Of a DNA stretch of 64,000 nt, positions 55,502 to 64,000 are shown one piece after another. Below the pieces are notes generated by a model, which was not told the DNA's origin, did no database searches, and was given only the letters and a program-made list of their open reading frames with translations. Within the stretch, counting starts at the first letter, position 1; each line of letters starts with the position of its first letter. Source of the DNA: a bacterium (GTDB taxonomy: Bacteria > Zixibacteria > MSB-5A5 > GN15 > FEB-12); NCBI GenBank assembly GCA_043811375.1, contig JBDRNJ010000004.1, forward strand, positions 64,001-128,000, in the 5' to 3' direction. Both the position numbers and the translations under genes were made by a program.

Positions 55502-56704
55502 CTACAGCATAGGGGCGATCTTTTCAAGCAGTTTGACCGCAATTCTGTTCTTGCTCATCAGCGGCCAGGCATCGGGGCTTTTCCCGGGTATCAGGACAGT
55601 CACCCGGTTGGTTGGTGATTCAAAGCCGGTGACTTTGCCGGGGCGGTTCAGGACCAGCAGGTCCAGTTGTTTATCTTTGAGCTTCCGGCGGGCATTAGCC
55701 AGAGCATTCTCGGTTTCAAGGGCAAACCCGACGACGACTTGAGATGACTGCCTGCCGGAGGCAACTTCCTGCAAAATATCAACGGTCGGCCGCATTGACA
55801 GTCGGCCATCCCAGTTGGATTTCTTGCGCTTTTGCGGAGCCACCTTGGTGGGAGCAAAGTCGGCCGGAACCGCCGCCATGAGAAGGCAGTCGGCCTGCTT
55901 GAAAGCCCGCTTGACGGCGGTCCGCAACTGGGCGGCAGACTCAATGCCTATATAACCGACACCGGCCGGCGGTTGAAGACTGGATGGGCCTGCAATCAGC
56001 GTTGTTTCAGCGCCAAGCAGCACCGCCGCCTGGGCCAGGGCAAAACCCATTCGACCGGAAGAGAAATTGGACAGATAACGCACCGGGTCCAGCCGTTCGC
56101 GGGTCGGACCGGCCGTAACCAGTATCTTCTTGCCGGCCAGAAACCGTTCACCCGCGACGCCACCGAGAAGGCCATCGATACCGTCGAATATCTGCTGGGG
56201 TTCGGCCATCCGACCGACTCCCGACTGCTCACAAGCCATCTCGCCCTCGCCCGGCCCGACAAAGAAAAAACCATGTTTCTGCAGAGTAGCGCAATTCCTC
56301 TGTGTGATCCTGTTCCCCCACATGCGCGGGTTCATAGCCGGAGCCACCAGTACCGTCGACGGGCCGGCCAGAATGATTGCGGTCAGCAGATCATCGGCAA
56401 TACCGGCGGCCGCTTTGCCGAGAAAATTGGCCGTGGCCGGAGCGACCACCATCAGGTCGGCCCACTCGGCCAAATCAATGTGTTGGGGTCCCACGTATTG
56501 ATTGTCAGGAAACATTTCTACTGCAACCGGATTACCGGAGATCGTTTCCAATGTGAGCGGTGTTACAAACCTGCCGGCAGCGCGGGTCATCACAACCCTG
56601 GTATCAGCCCGCTCTCTGCGCAGCAACCTGATAAGGCTGACGACCTTATAGCAGGCGATGCCGCCGGTAAGGCCGATCAGTATCTTCTTGCCTTGGAGGG
56701 ACAT
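55502..56704 (-). CDS. coaBC: Bifunctional phosphopantothenoylcysteine decarboxylase/ligase
   Basis: TGGIACYK, APATAN, PAMN, TAGPTRE.LDPVR..SN.SSG.MG, GFALET. Confidence 0.96.
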   Translation of the reverse strand: MSLQGKKILIGLTGGIACYKVVSLIRLLRRERADTRVVMTRAAGRFVTPLTLETISGNPVAVEMFPDNQYVGPQHIDLAEWADLMVVAPATANFLGKAAAGIADDLLTAIILAGPSTVLVAPAMNPRMWGNRITQRNCATLQKHGFFFVGPGEGEMACEQSGVGRMAEPQQIFDGIDGLLGGVAGERFLAGKKILVTAGPTRERLDPVRYLSNFSSGRMGFALAQAAVLLGAETTLIAGPSSLQPPAGVGYIGIESAAQLRTAVKRAFKQADCLLMAAVPADFAPTKVAPQKRKKSNWDGRLSMRPTVDILQEVASGRQSSQVVVGFALETENALANARRKLKDKQLDLLVLNRPGKVTGFESPTNRVTVLIPGKSPDAWPLMSKNRIAVKLLEKIAPML

Positions 56705-56710
56705 GCTGTA

Positions 56711-57184
56711 TCAGTTTACAGAGACGGCGCCGTCCTCGCCCGGCTCCAGCAGCATCTGGGCTTCAAGCTCATCCACATCGGAAAAAACCACCGATGAAGC
56801 CAGCGAACTGACCTCCTCGAGAACTGCCGGTCTGCTGTCCGCAGAGGAGAGACGGTCCATAATGATCTCAAACTGCTCATGGCTGAGCACTCGGGCATTG
56901 ATCAATTTGAGGAGGAACCCGTGAGACTCGATAGTCAGCCGATTGCGTTCGGACTGGGTCAGAATGCGGTGAGAAACGTCGGTGGCAGGGAATTCTGAAA
57001 AGAAGCGCTGGGGAGTATTCTCAAACCGTCGCATTAACCAGGAATAAGCCGACGATATCTCATCATCGGAATAACCGCGGGCTTCCAGTGTCGCCCAGAG
57101 GTCATCCGTCTCTGAGAGTCGGGAGGCATCTCCCTGAATGTGCTCAATTAGAAAAACAACTATCTCAAGAACTCGATTGCGCAT
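56711..57184 (-). CDS. DUF494 (Smg-like) protein
   Basis: LEARGYSDDEISSAYSWL, RILT..E, GFL..L, QFE.I. Confidence 0.8.
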   Translation of the reverse strand: MRNRVLEIVVFLIEHIQGDASRLSETDDLWATLEARGYSDDEISSAYSWLMRRFENTPQRFFSEFPATDVSHRILTQSERNRLTIESHGFLLKLINARVLSHEQFEIIMDRLSSADSRPAVLEEVSSLASSVVFSDVDELEAQMLLEPGEDGAVSVN

Positions 57185-57363
57185 TATCCCAACCATTCAA
57201 ACAGCTTATTTAGCAAGATATACACTGCCGCCGTTTAAGGCAAGGACAATCAGGGCGCAGGCCAAAAAAACCGGACCTGCGGCCAGTACTTCCGACCGGC
57301 GGGGCCTTACCGGTAATTGTTATCAAGACACTAATAAGCCAAAGCTGGTCCCCCCTTTTCTAT

Positions 57364-57548
57364 GTGGCGTCAGGTGACCCTGCCTGACGCATTTTTCATA
57401 TGGGGACTGCACATAGCGAATTAAAGCTGTCGGGCAGAGTCACCCGACAGCACTGTAGACCGAAAACCCCCTGCCTGTCCTGAGCTTGTCGAAGGGTGCG
57501 CCGCGTAAATCGACGGGTGGCAACCACAAACTTGTTTGGGGTTGAGAC
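57364..57548. repeat. REP-like palindrome cluster 5
   Basis: Hairpins GCGTCAGG..CCTGACGC and GCTGTCGGG..CCCGACAGC; GTCCTGAGCTTGTCGAAGGG; module 57515-57545 is the reverse complement of 45283-45313. Confidence 0.8.
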
Positions 57549-57560
57549 TTGCCAAATCTA

Positions 57561-57589
57561 TTGACTCCCAGGCCCGTTTTCGGTATATT
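57561..57589 (+). promoter_or_regulatory. Sigma-70 promoter of the secreted-protein cluster
   Basis: TTGACT-17-TATATT. Confidence 0.65.
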
Positions 57590-57626
57590 GAGATGGTAGG
57601 GTATATGAAATGAAATGGCTGGTTTC

Positions 57627-57779
57627 ATGAGAGTTTTGGTTTTTAGCTGTGCTTGTATTCTTAGCGTTGTCACGGTAAATGCCGCCACAATTCACGTCCC
57701 TGCCGATCAACCGACGATTCAGGCGGGTATTGATGTGGGGGGAAACCCTGGAAAGCGAAACAAAATGTGTAGAGTCTGA
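57627..57779 (+). pseudogene. 5' remnant of a beta-helix secreted protein gene
   Basis: MRVLVFSCACILSVVTVNAATIHVPADQPTIQAGID, then unrelated sequence and a stop; matches AAIIHVPADLPTIQAGID of the gene at 60549. Confidence 0.8.
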
Positions 57780-60085
57780 TGAAAATACTGAGCAAAAGAT
57801 TCCTCTCAGTGCTTTTCTATATTGTTCTTTATGTCCTCTGCGGCTCAGCCTGCGCTGCCCAGGAGATCGTCTGGACGAATTCGTTTGGGCGTGCGGGACA
57901 GGAGATAATATGGTGGGACAGGACTGTTCGACAAACAACTGACCACGGCCTTGTCATAGGTGCACTTACCGAAGAATTGCCCTCTGGTCCAAATGACATT
58001 TGGTTGGTGAAAACTGACTCCCTCGGAGACACGCTCTGGACTCGTTGCTTTGGCGTCAGCGGCGAGGAGGATGCTGCATATGGCATTGCTACCACCTATG
58101 ATGGCGGATTTGTCATCACTGGTCGGAGCGCGTTATTTGGAAGCCCTTATCTTCTAAAAACAGACTCGCTGGGCAACACGGAGTGGAGTAGCTCTTTCTC
58201 CGGGTACGTGAGCTGGTCGGTGCAGCAGACGTCCGATAGTGGGTACATACTGACGGGATGCACTTCAAGCTCGGGTCAGGGTAATGTTTTCCTCACCAAG
58301 ACTGATTCTGGCGGTAATCTGCAATGGTCAAGGACTTATGGTGGACAAGACCATGATGCCGGATATGCTGTAGAGGGAACATCTGACCGTGGCTACATAG
58401 TTGTGGGCTTAACTCAATCATTTGGCAATCACATTTGGATTATCAAGACCGATTCATTGGGAGACAGTGTTTGGACCACTACTATCGGAGTTGGGAGTGG
58501 TGGTGGGTTCTCAGTATGTGAGGTTGCTGGGCGACCGGGTTACTACGTTACCGGGGAGACCGGTGGTCAGGGAATTGTGGCACGACTCGACTATGACGGC
58601 AATGTAGAATGGACATGGACATTCGGGGGAGCATTTAGCGGTCAAGGAAACTCAATACTTTCCACGCTCGACGGTGGTGCAATCTTGACTGGTATCCACC
58701 GGTTGCACGCGGACACATTTGATGTGTATGTAGCCCGTTTACGCAGTACTGGCGACACCGTATGGTCAGCACGTATTAATGAGGAGGCTTACCAACTTGC
58801 CTACTCCATAGAAAGAACATCACCCACTGAGTGCGTTGTTGCTGGCGTTGTCGACCCATTGTCTGGCAACAGGCAAGACGTCCTTTTGGTCAAAGTGAGG
58901 GACAGGTGCCCAATTGTTGACCGCATTGCATTTGACAGTGACATGTCCTACTACAATCTGACTAATCACAATCCAGTAATCTCGTGGCACTTTCTCGACA
59001 TAGACCTGTATCCACAAGACAGCTTTGAGATTGACGTGGGAACGGACACGAATTGGACGGTCAGTGAGACGTGGGACCCCTCACCTTTTGCTGTCTCAGA
59101 CACTTCAGTAGTCTATTCCGGACTTCCGCTACTCGACGGAGAAACATACTATCTGAGGTTGAGGGTACGGAATGGGTTTTTCTGGTCTGAGTGGTACGAG
59201 ACATCCTTCCGCATGAACTCCATCCCCTCCGTCCCTGCCCCACTGAACCCCATCGATGACGTCATCGTCGGCACAACACCCACCCTCTGGGCCGAGAACT
59301 CCGCCGATGCCGAGGGTGACGCTTTGATATACGACTTCCTTGTGGATGTAGATACGCTGTATGGAGAACCTGATCCGGTCTTGGGCTATGGTATCCCGGA
59401 AGGTGAAGATTCGACCGGATGGCAGGTAACAGAGACGCTGGACGAAAACAAGCGTTACGTGTGGATTGTGCGCGCATTCGACAGCTACGAGTACTCCGAC
59501 TGGACAGGAGGCTATGAGTACACCTTCTTCGTCAACGGCACCCCGGAACCACCGACCGCTCCACAAGCCCAATTCCCACCGGACACTGGCGGAACACCGG
59601 TCTGGGACATGCTGACATATTTCTACTGGGCGCCGTCTACCGATCCCGACCCGCTGGACACGGTCAGGTACAAGCTGGAGATAGCGGTTGATTCGACATT
59701 TATATTTGTCAACACCATCGACTCAATCGAATCCGTGCCCTTCACACTCGACGATTCGCTTTCGTTCGGCACTCGTTACTGGTGGCGCGTGACGGCCTTC
59801 GATAAAACCGGCCTATCCACGCTATCACCGAACACACCTGACTTCTGGACCTGGACGCTCGGTGACGTGGACCATTCGCATGACGTTTCAGTTGGCGACC
59901 TGACATACCTGGTAGCGTTCCTGTTCCAGGGTGGACAAGCGATCTACCCGCTTTTCATCGGCGATGTCGACGGTAGCTGCACGGTTGATGTGGGTGATCT
60001 CACCTACCTGGTGGCGTACCTGTTCCAATCCGGCCCGGCGCCGAAGGTGGGGTGTGTGCCGGGTAGGTCTGACAGTAATATATAA
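57779..60085 (+). CDS. Secreted protein: beta-propeller repeats, Ig/Fn3-like modules and C-terminal dockerin-like domain
   Basis: Signal peptide; repeated L.KTDS.G...W; Y.W.V.A.D Fn3-like motifs; two GDVD..DVGDLTYLV repeats. Confidence 0.85.
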   Translation: MKILSKRFLSVLFYIVLYVLCGSACAAQEIVWTNSFGRAGQEIIWWDRTVRQTTDHGLVIGALTEELPSGPNDIWLVKTDSLGDTLWTRCFGVSGEEDAAYGIATTYDGGFVITGRSALFGSPYLLKTDSLGNTEWSSSFSGYVSWSVQQTSDSGYILTGCTSSSGQGNVFLTKTDSGGNLQWSRTYGGQDHDAGYAVEGTSDRGYIVVGLTQSFGNHIWIIKTDSLGDSVWTTTIGVGSGGGFSVCEVAGRPGYYVTGETGGQGIVARLDYDGNVEWTWTFGGAFSGQGNSILSTLDGGAILTGIHRLHADTFDVYVARLRSTGDTVWSARINEEAYQLAYSIERTSPTECVVAGVVDPLSGNRQDVLLVKVRDRCPIVDRIAFDSDMSYYNLTNHNPVISWHFLDIDLYPQDSFEIDVGTDTNWTVSETWDPSPFAVSDTSVVYSGLPLLDGETYYLRLRVRNGFFWSEWYETSFRMNSIPSVPAPLNPIDDVIVGTTPTLWAENSADAEGDALIYDFLVDVDTLYGEPDPVLGYGIPEGEDSTGWQVTETLDENKRYVWIVRAFDSYEYSDWTGGYEYTFFVNGTPEPPTAPQAQFPPDTGGTPVWDMLTYFYWAPSTDPDPLDTVRYKLEIAVDSTFIFVNTIDSIESVPFTLDDSLSFGTRYWWRVTAFDKTGLSTLSPNTPDFWTWTLGDVDHSHDVSVGDLTYLVAFLFQGGQAIYPLFIGDVDGSCTVDVGDLTYLVAYLFQSGPAPKVGCVPGRSDSNI
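60033..60058 (+). repeat. 26-bp direct repeat, copy 1
   Basis: GCCCGGCGCCGAAGGTGGGGTGTGTG; 25/26 identical to 60488-60513. Confidence 0.8.
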
Positions 60086-60127
60086 TAGGGTAATGGGTAT
60101 TGGGCTTAATGTGGAGGGAACGTCGGA

Positions 60128-60478
60128 ATGAAGTTCAAGGATACCGTTGAAGGCGACCTGGTTATTGTTAACCTGTACGGCAAGATTCTCGGTGGAGAGG
60201 AGACTGCCGTATGCCATAGCCGAGTACACGAGCATCTCAATTCAGGCAGGAAGCACTTCGTGATGGATATGGGGAACGTAGAGTGGACAAACTCGCAAGG
60301 TCTCGGTATGTTGATAGGGTGCTACGTTTCTGTCAAGAAGGCAGGAGGTCGAGTGGTTCTGGCAAGGATGGACAATGTTAAGAAGTTGCTGACCATGACG
60401 CGCCTTATACAAGTATTTGACTGCTACGACAGCGTGGAGGAGGCCAAACAGGCGCTGATCGATGAGTCAGCCAATTGA
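60128..60478 (+). CDS. STAS-domain anti-sigma-factor antagonist
   Basis: VMDMGNVEWTNSQGLGML, LTMTRL, SVEEA. Confidence 0.9.
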   Translation: MKFKDTVEGDLVIVNLYGKILGGEETAVCHSRVHEHLNSGRKHFVMDMGNVEWTNSQGLGMLIGCYVSVKKAGGRVVLARMDNVKKLLTMTRLIQVFDCYDSVEEAKQALIDESAN

Positions 60479-60487
60479 GCGAGGACT

Positions 60488-60513
60488 GCCCGGCCCCGAA
60501 GGTGGGGTGTGTG
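60488..60513 (+). repeat. 26-bp direct repeat, copy 2
   Basis: GCCCGGCCCCGAAGGTGGGGTGTGTG. Confidence 0.8.
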
Positions 60514-60548
60514 AGTGACAGTCAGTGAAACACATAGACAAAGGTAGT

Positions 60549-63302
60549 ATGATGAAACGGTTTGGCTTTTTTCTTGCCTGCATGCTAATGGTATCGAGTA
60601 TAGGTGCCGCCATCATCCACGTCCCCGCCGACCTGCCGACCATCCAGGCCGGGATAGACTCCGCCGTAGAGCACTTTGATACCGTCCTCGTTGCGGACGG
60701 CGTATATACCGGCGAGGGTAACCGCGACATCGATTTCGGCGGCAGGGCCGTCGTGCTTAAGTCCCAGAACGGTCCGGAGTCGACCATTATTGATTGCGAG
60801 GGCGACTCCACGAATCCGCACCGTGGGTTTATCTTCGATACCGGTGAGGATTTCATGACGGTGGTCCAGGGCTTTACGATTCGCGACGGGCACATGTACT
60901 TCGACGACACCACCATCACCTATGGCGGTGGCATACGCTGCGACTCGACCTCCCCCACCATCGTCGACTGTATCATCGAAGACTGCTGGGCTATGATGGG
61001 CGGCGGCATCTCCTGTAACGGCGCCTCACCAAGGCTGGTTGACTGCATCATCAGGGCCAACTATTGCTACCTGTGGGGCGGTGGCATGCAATGTAGTCAA
61101 TCATCGCCGGTTCTGTCGGGCTGTCTTTTTCAGAATGACACCTCCCGACACTCCGGCGGTGCTATTTACATGCAGGACAACTCTTCCCCAGCCATAACCG
61201 ATTGCCGTTTCGAGACCAACTTCAGTTGGGGCGGTACCGGGGGCATCTACTGCCTGGTGGACTGCTCTCCGACATTTGATGACTGTCTCTTCATCAGCAA
61301 CACCGGTCATAACAGTCACGGCCTGTCGCTGTATCGCTCATGCTCATCTGTTCTGACCAACTGCACTTTTTTCGGAGGAGGTATCTACTGCGGACGCGCT
61401 TCCTCACCCACTCTGGATAATTGCATCATCGCCTTCAGCCCGGGGCAAGCCGTCAAGTGCTTATATTACTCCGGCGAGCCATGCTACCCGACACTCACTT
61501 GCTGTAACGTCTATGGCAACGCCGGCGGCGACTGGATTGATTGCATCGCCGGTCAAGACAACGGCAACGACAATATCTGGGCTGATCCTCTCTTCTGCGA
61601 TACCGCCGTCGGGGACTATCATATTGACGAGATTTCACCGTGCTCTCCTGCCCTCAGCGGCTGCGGCACGCTGATCGGCGCCATGGAGGTGGGCTGTGGA
61701 GCACCCGCACGGGTGTGGTTGGTGAATGCCGGTGGCACCGGCGATGCGCCCACCATCCAGGCCGCGATTGACTCCTGCTCAACTCTTGATACGGTTCTGC
61801 TGGGACCGGGCACCTACTCCGGGACCGGCAATCGTGATATGGAGCTGCGCGGCAAGAGCATCATCCTGACTTCTGTCGCCGGCCCCGAACAGACCGTCAT
61901 CGATTGTGGGGGCAGTGCCTCTGAGGAACACCGGGGGTTTTATCTGCACCAGGGGGAGGACTCGACCTCCCTCATAGAAGGCTTAAGCGTAGTCAACGGA
62001 TATTCCGACTCCCAAAACGGCGGTGCGATCTTGTGCGTCGGCTCCTCCCCCAGCATACGCAACTGTGTTTTTAGAGGCAACCACGCCTACTCGGGCGGCG
62101 CCGTTGCCTGCGACGAGCTGCTTTCGCTTCTGCGATTCGAAACTTGTACGCTCGACAGCAACTCGGCCGGCAACAACGGCGGAGCCATCTTCACCAGCTC
62201 GTCCATTGCTCTTGCCAACTGCGTTGTGTCACGCAATAGCGCCACGGCTAACGGCGGCGCCATACATTTCTACAGCAACGACACCACTATGTACAGCTCT
62301 GACACATCCTACCTGACCTTCTGCATCTTCGATGACAACCACGCCGGCAGCAACGGCGGGGCGCTGTATATGGCAAATGCCTCTCCCTATGCCAGGAACT
62401 GCACCTTTTACGGCCACAGCAACAGCTACGGCGGCACCGTTACCATCGCCTCCTACTGCTCACCGTTTTTTGACCGGTGCCTCATCGCCTTTAACGAAGG
62501 ACCCGCAGCGGTGGCATGCCTCTCCGCTTATGCCAACCCTTACTTTTGGTTGTCTGATATATACGGCAACTCGGGTGGTGACTGGGCCGACTGCATTGCG
62601 GATCAGTATGGCGCCAACTGCAACTTCTCGGCTGACCCCTGGTTCTGCGACACTGCCGCCGGTGACTTCCGACTCTTCGAGAACTCCCCCTGCGCGCCGG
62701 AGTACAACGTCTGTGATTCCCTGGTCGGTGCCTTTGGCGTCGGTTGTTCCGGCGAGATGTCCACTATTGAACCGGACTTGATGCAACTCCCTCTTCAGGG
62801 TTTGCGGTTCACGGAGATGGCAACCGTGCGTCTGGGTAATCTCCAGGACGGATACGTCGCCGGTGATATCGATCCCTCGTCGGTGCTGGTCAACACGACC
62901 ATCGTGCCTACTGACTGGGAGGTGTTGCCGTCACACCCGGATTTCGGTGGTGAGGTCTTCCAGGTCACTTTCCCCGTTGAAGATTTCCTTATCACTTATG
63001 GGTTGCAGATGGATACAACCGTCCATATACACAACGTGTCCGGCGAATACAACGACCAGAGCAGCTTCTCCGTCGACGGGACCGTTACCATCGTCGGCCA
63101 CATTACCGGCGATATGGACGATAACGGTTCCATAGACGTTGGCGACCTGACATATCTGGTAGCCTTCCTGTTCCAGAGCGGTCCTCCACCGCCGGTGCCG
63201 GCGGCCGGCGACATTGACGGATCGGGCAGCATTGACGTCGGTGACCTGACCTATCTTGTTGCCTATTTGTTTCAGGGCGGACCGGCACTGCTGCGCCCCT
63301 AG
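60549..63302 (+). CDS. Secreted protein with two right-handed parallel beta-helix modules and a C-terminal dockerin-like domain
   Basis: Two PTIQA.ID...G.Y.G.GNRD modules, GGAI/N.. repeats, two ADP.FCD ends, GDMDDNGSIDVGDLTYLV tail. Confidence 0.87.
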   Translation: MMKRFGFFLACMLMVSSIGAAIIHVPADLPTIQAGIDSAVEHFDTVLVADGVYTGEGNRDIDFGGRAVVLKSQNGPESTIIDCEGDSTNPHRGFIFDTGEDFMTVVQGFTIRDGHMYFDDTTITYGGGIRCDSTSPTIVDCIIEDCWAMMGGGISCNGASPRLVDCIIRANYCYLWGGGMQCSQSSPVLSGCLFQNDTSRHSGGAIYMQDNSSPAITDCRFETNFSWGGTGGIYCLVDCSPTFDDCLFISNTGHNSHGLSLYRSCSSVLTNCTFFGGGIYCGRASSPTLDNCIIAFSPGQAVKCLYYSGEPCYPTLTCCNVYGNAGGDWIDCIAGQDNGNDNIWADPLFCDTAVGDYHIDEISPCSPALSGCGTLIGAMEVGCGAPARVWLVNAGGTGDAPTIQAAIDSCSTLDTVLLGPGTYSGTGNRDMELRGKSIILTSVAGPEQTVIDCGGSASEEHRGFYLHQGEDSTSLIEGLSVVNGYSDSQNGGAILCVGSSPSIRNCVFRGNHAYSGGAVACDELLSLLRFETCTLDSNSAGNNGGAIFTSSSIALANCVVSRNSATANGGAIHFYSNDTTMYSSDTSYLTFCIFDDNHAGSNGGALYMANASPYARNCTFYGHSNSYGGTVTIASYCSPFFDRCLIAFNEGPAAVACLSAYANPYFWLSDIYGNSGGDWADCIADQYGANCNFSADPWFCDTAAGDFRLFENSPCAPEYNVCDSLVGAFGVGCSGEMSTIEPDLMQLPLQGLRFTEMATVRLGNLQDGYVAGDIDPSSVLVNTTIVPTDWEVLPSHPDFGGEVFQVTFPVEDFLITYGLQMDTTVHIHNVSGEYNDQSSFSVDGTVTIVGHITGDMDDNGSIDVGDLTYLVAFLFQSGPPPPVPAAGDIDGSGSIDVGDLTYLVAYLFQGGPALLRP

Positions 63303-63337
63303 AACGATATTGAACTCATGGAGATCGGAGGAATATC

Positions 63338-64000
63338 ATGCGGCTTGTAACTGTACTAACGATGTCACTGGTTGTGTTCGCAACCACGGCAAAGGCTGAA
63401 AACGCCATATCTCTGTCTGAAGTCGTCTCTTCGGGCGGCAGCCATATCACTATCGGCAGTCCGGCAGAGTTTCGTCTGCGAGTGCAGATTGACACCAGCC
63501 ATACCGGTGGTCTGTTTGCCTACAACAATGCTTTCCGTCTCTACTCACCTGACGGCGCCTACTGGGATACAACCTACGGACAGTATCTTCCGGGATGGCT
63601 GCCTTTCGGGGACCGGTCGATCTCTCACTCGGGAACGGACGGAATCGGCGCTGACACAGTATCTTTCTATGGTGAAGACTCGGCGGGAGGATTCTGGATT
63701 GTCTACGATCATGTAGCCTGGAGCATCACGATTGAAATACCGGATGACCATTCTGTTCTGGGCAAAACGATCTGTCTGGATTCGGTGGCGGATACGATGG
63801 TGCACTGGCCCTGGTCGACCTGGGCGTGGACCACCCTGACTGAACGCTATGCTCCGACCTGGGATGGTCCTCATTGTTTCACTATCGGTGGCTGCTGTGA
63901 TTTGAGAGGCGATGTCGACAACAACGGTACCCTGGACATCGGCGATATAACGTACAAAGTCGCCTGGCTGTTTCAGGGAGGACCTCCGCCGCCGTGCATT
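63338..64000 (+). CDS. Secreted dockerin-tailed protein (runs off window)
   Basis: GGAGG RBS; manual translation MRLVTVLTMSLVVFATTAKA...GPHCFTIGGCCDLRGDVDNNGTLDIGDITYKVAWLFQGGPPPPC, open to the end of the window. Confidence 0.85.
   Translation, partial: MRLVTVLTMSLVVFATTAKAENAISLSEVVSSGGSHITIGSPAEFRLRVQIDTSHTGGLFAYNNAFRLYSPDGAYWDTTYGQYLPGWLPFGDRSISHSGTDGIGADTVSFYGEDSAGGFWIVYDHVAWSITIEIPDDHSVLGKTICLDSVADTMVHWPWSTWAWTTLTERYAPTWDGPHCFTIGGCCDLRGDVDNNGTLDIGDITYKVAWLFQGGPPPPCI

Noticed and set aside
59891..63180. Diversity-generating retroelement TR/VR pair in the dockerin repeats
   Set aside because: Differences are not adenine-specific and no reverse transcriptase is present

Overview
Bacterial chromosomal window, GC-rich by eye. 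It is probably from candidate phylum Zixibacteria or a related FCB-superphylum lineage, inferred from dockerin-type tails (GDVDxSGxxDVGDLTYLVAYLF) and an FlgD/T9SS-like tail (NYPNPFNP). Most of it is housekeeping: pyrE (partial), acpS, nrdJ, folP-cdaA, htpX, rlmD, recN-dnaG-mutS2, rpsU, yebC, nth-prmC-prfA-rpmE, trmB, lysS, coaD, tgt, radA, mlaFE, dnaB, family-4 UDG and coaBC. The accessory or unexplained items are: (1) a 180-nt 6S-RNA-like hairpin with its own terminator; (2) an orphan RHS-core toxin/putative immunity pair bracketed by a duplicated promoter/leader; (3) a stand-alone protein built almost entirely of eight Trp-rich ~63-aa repeats, placed behind what looks like an IS3-family left end; (4) a leader-peptide/antiterminator/terminator attenuator upstream of a heterodimeric ABC exporter; (5) intergenic mosaics of at least seven short REP-like palindromic modules reused in different orders; (6) a decayed yqeY pseudogene; (7) a cluster of dockerin-tailed secreted proteins with signs of cassette swapping. 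I recognised no tRNA, rRNA, CRISPR array, intact transposase or integrase. All calls come from reading the sequence; no searches were run.
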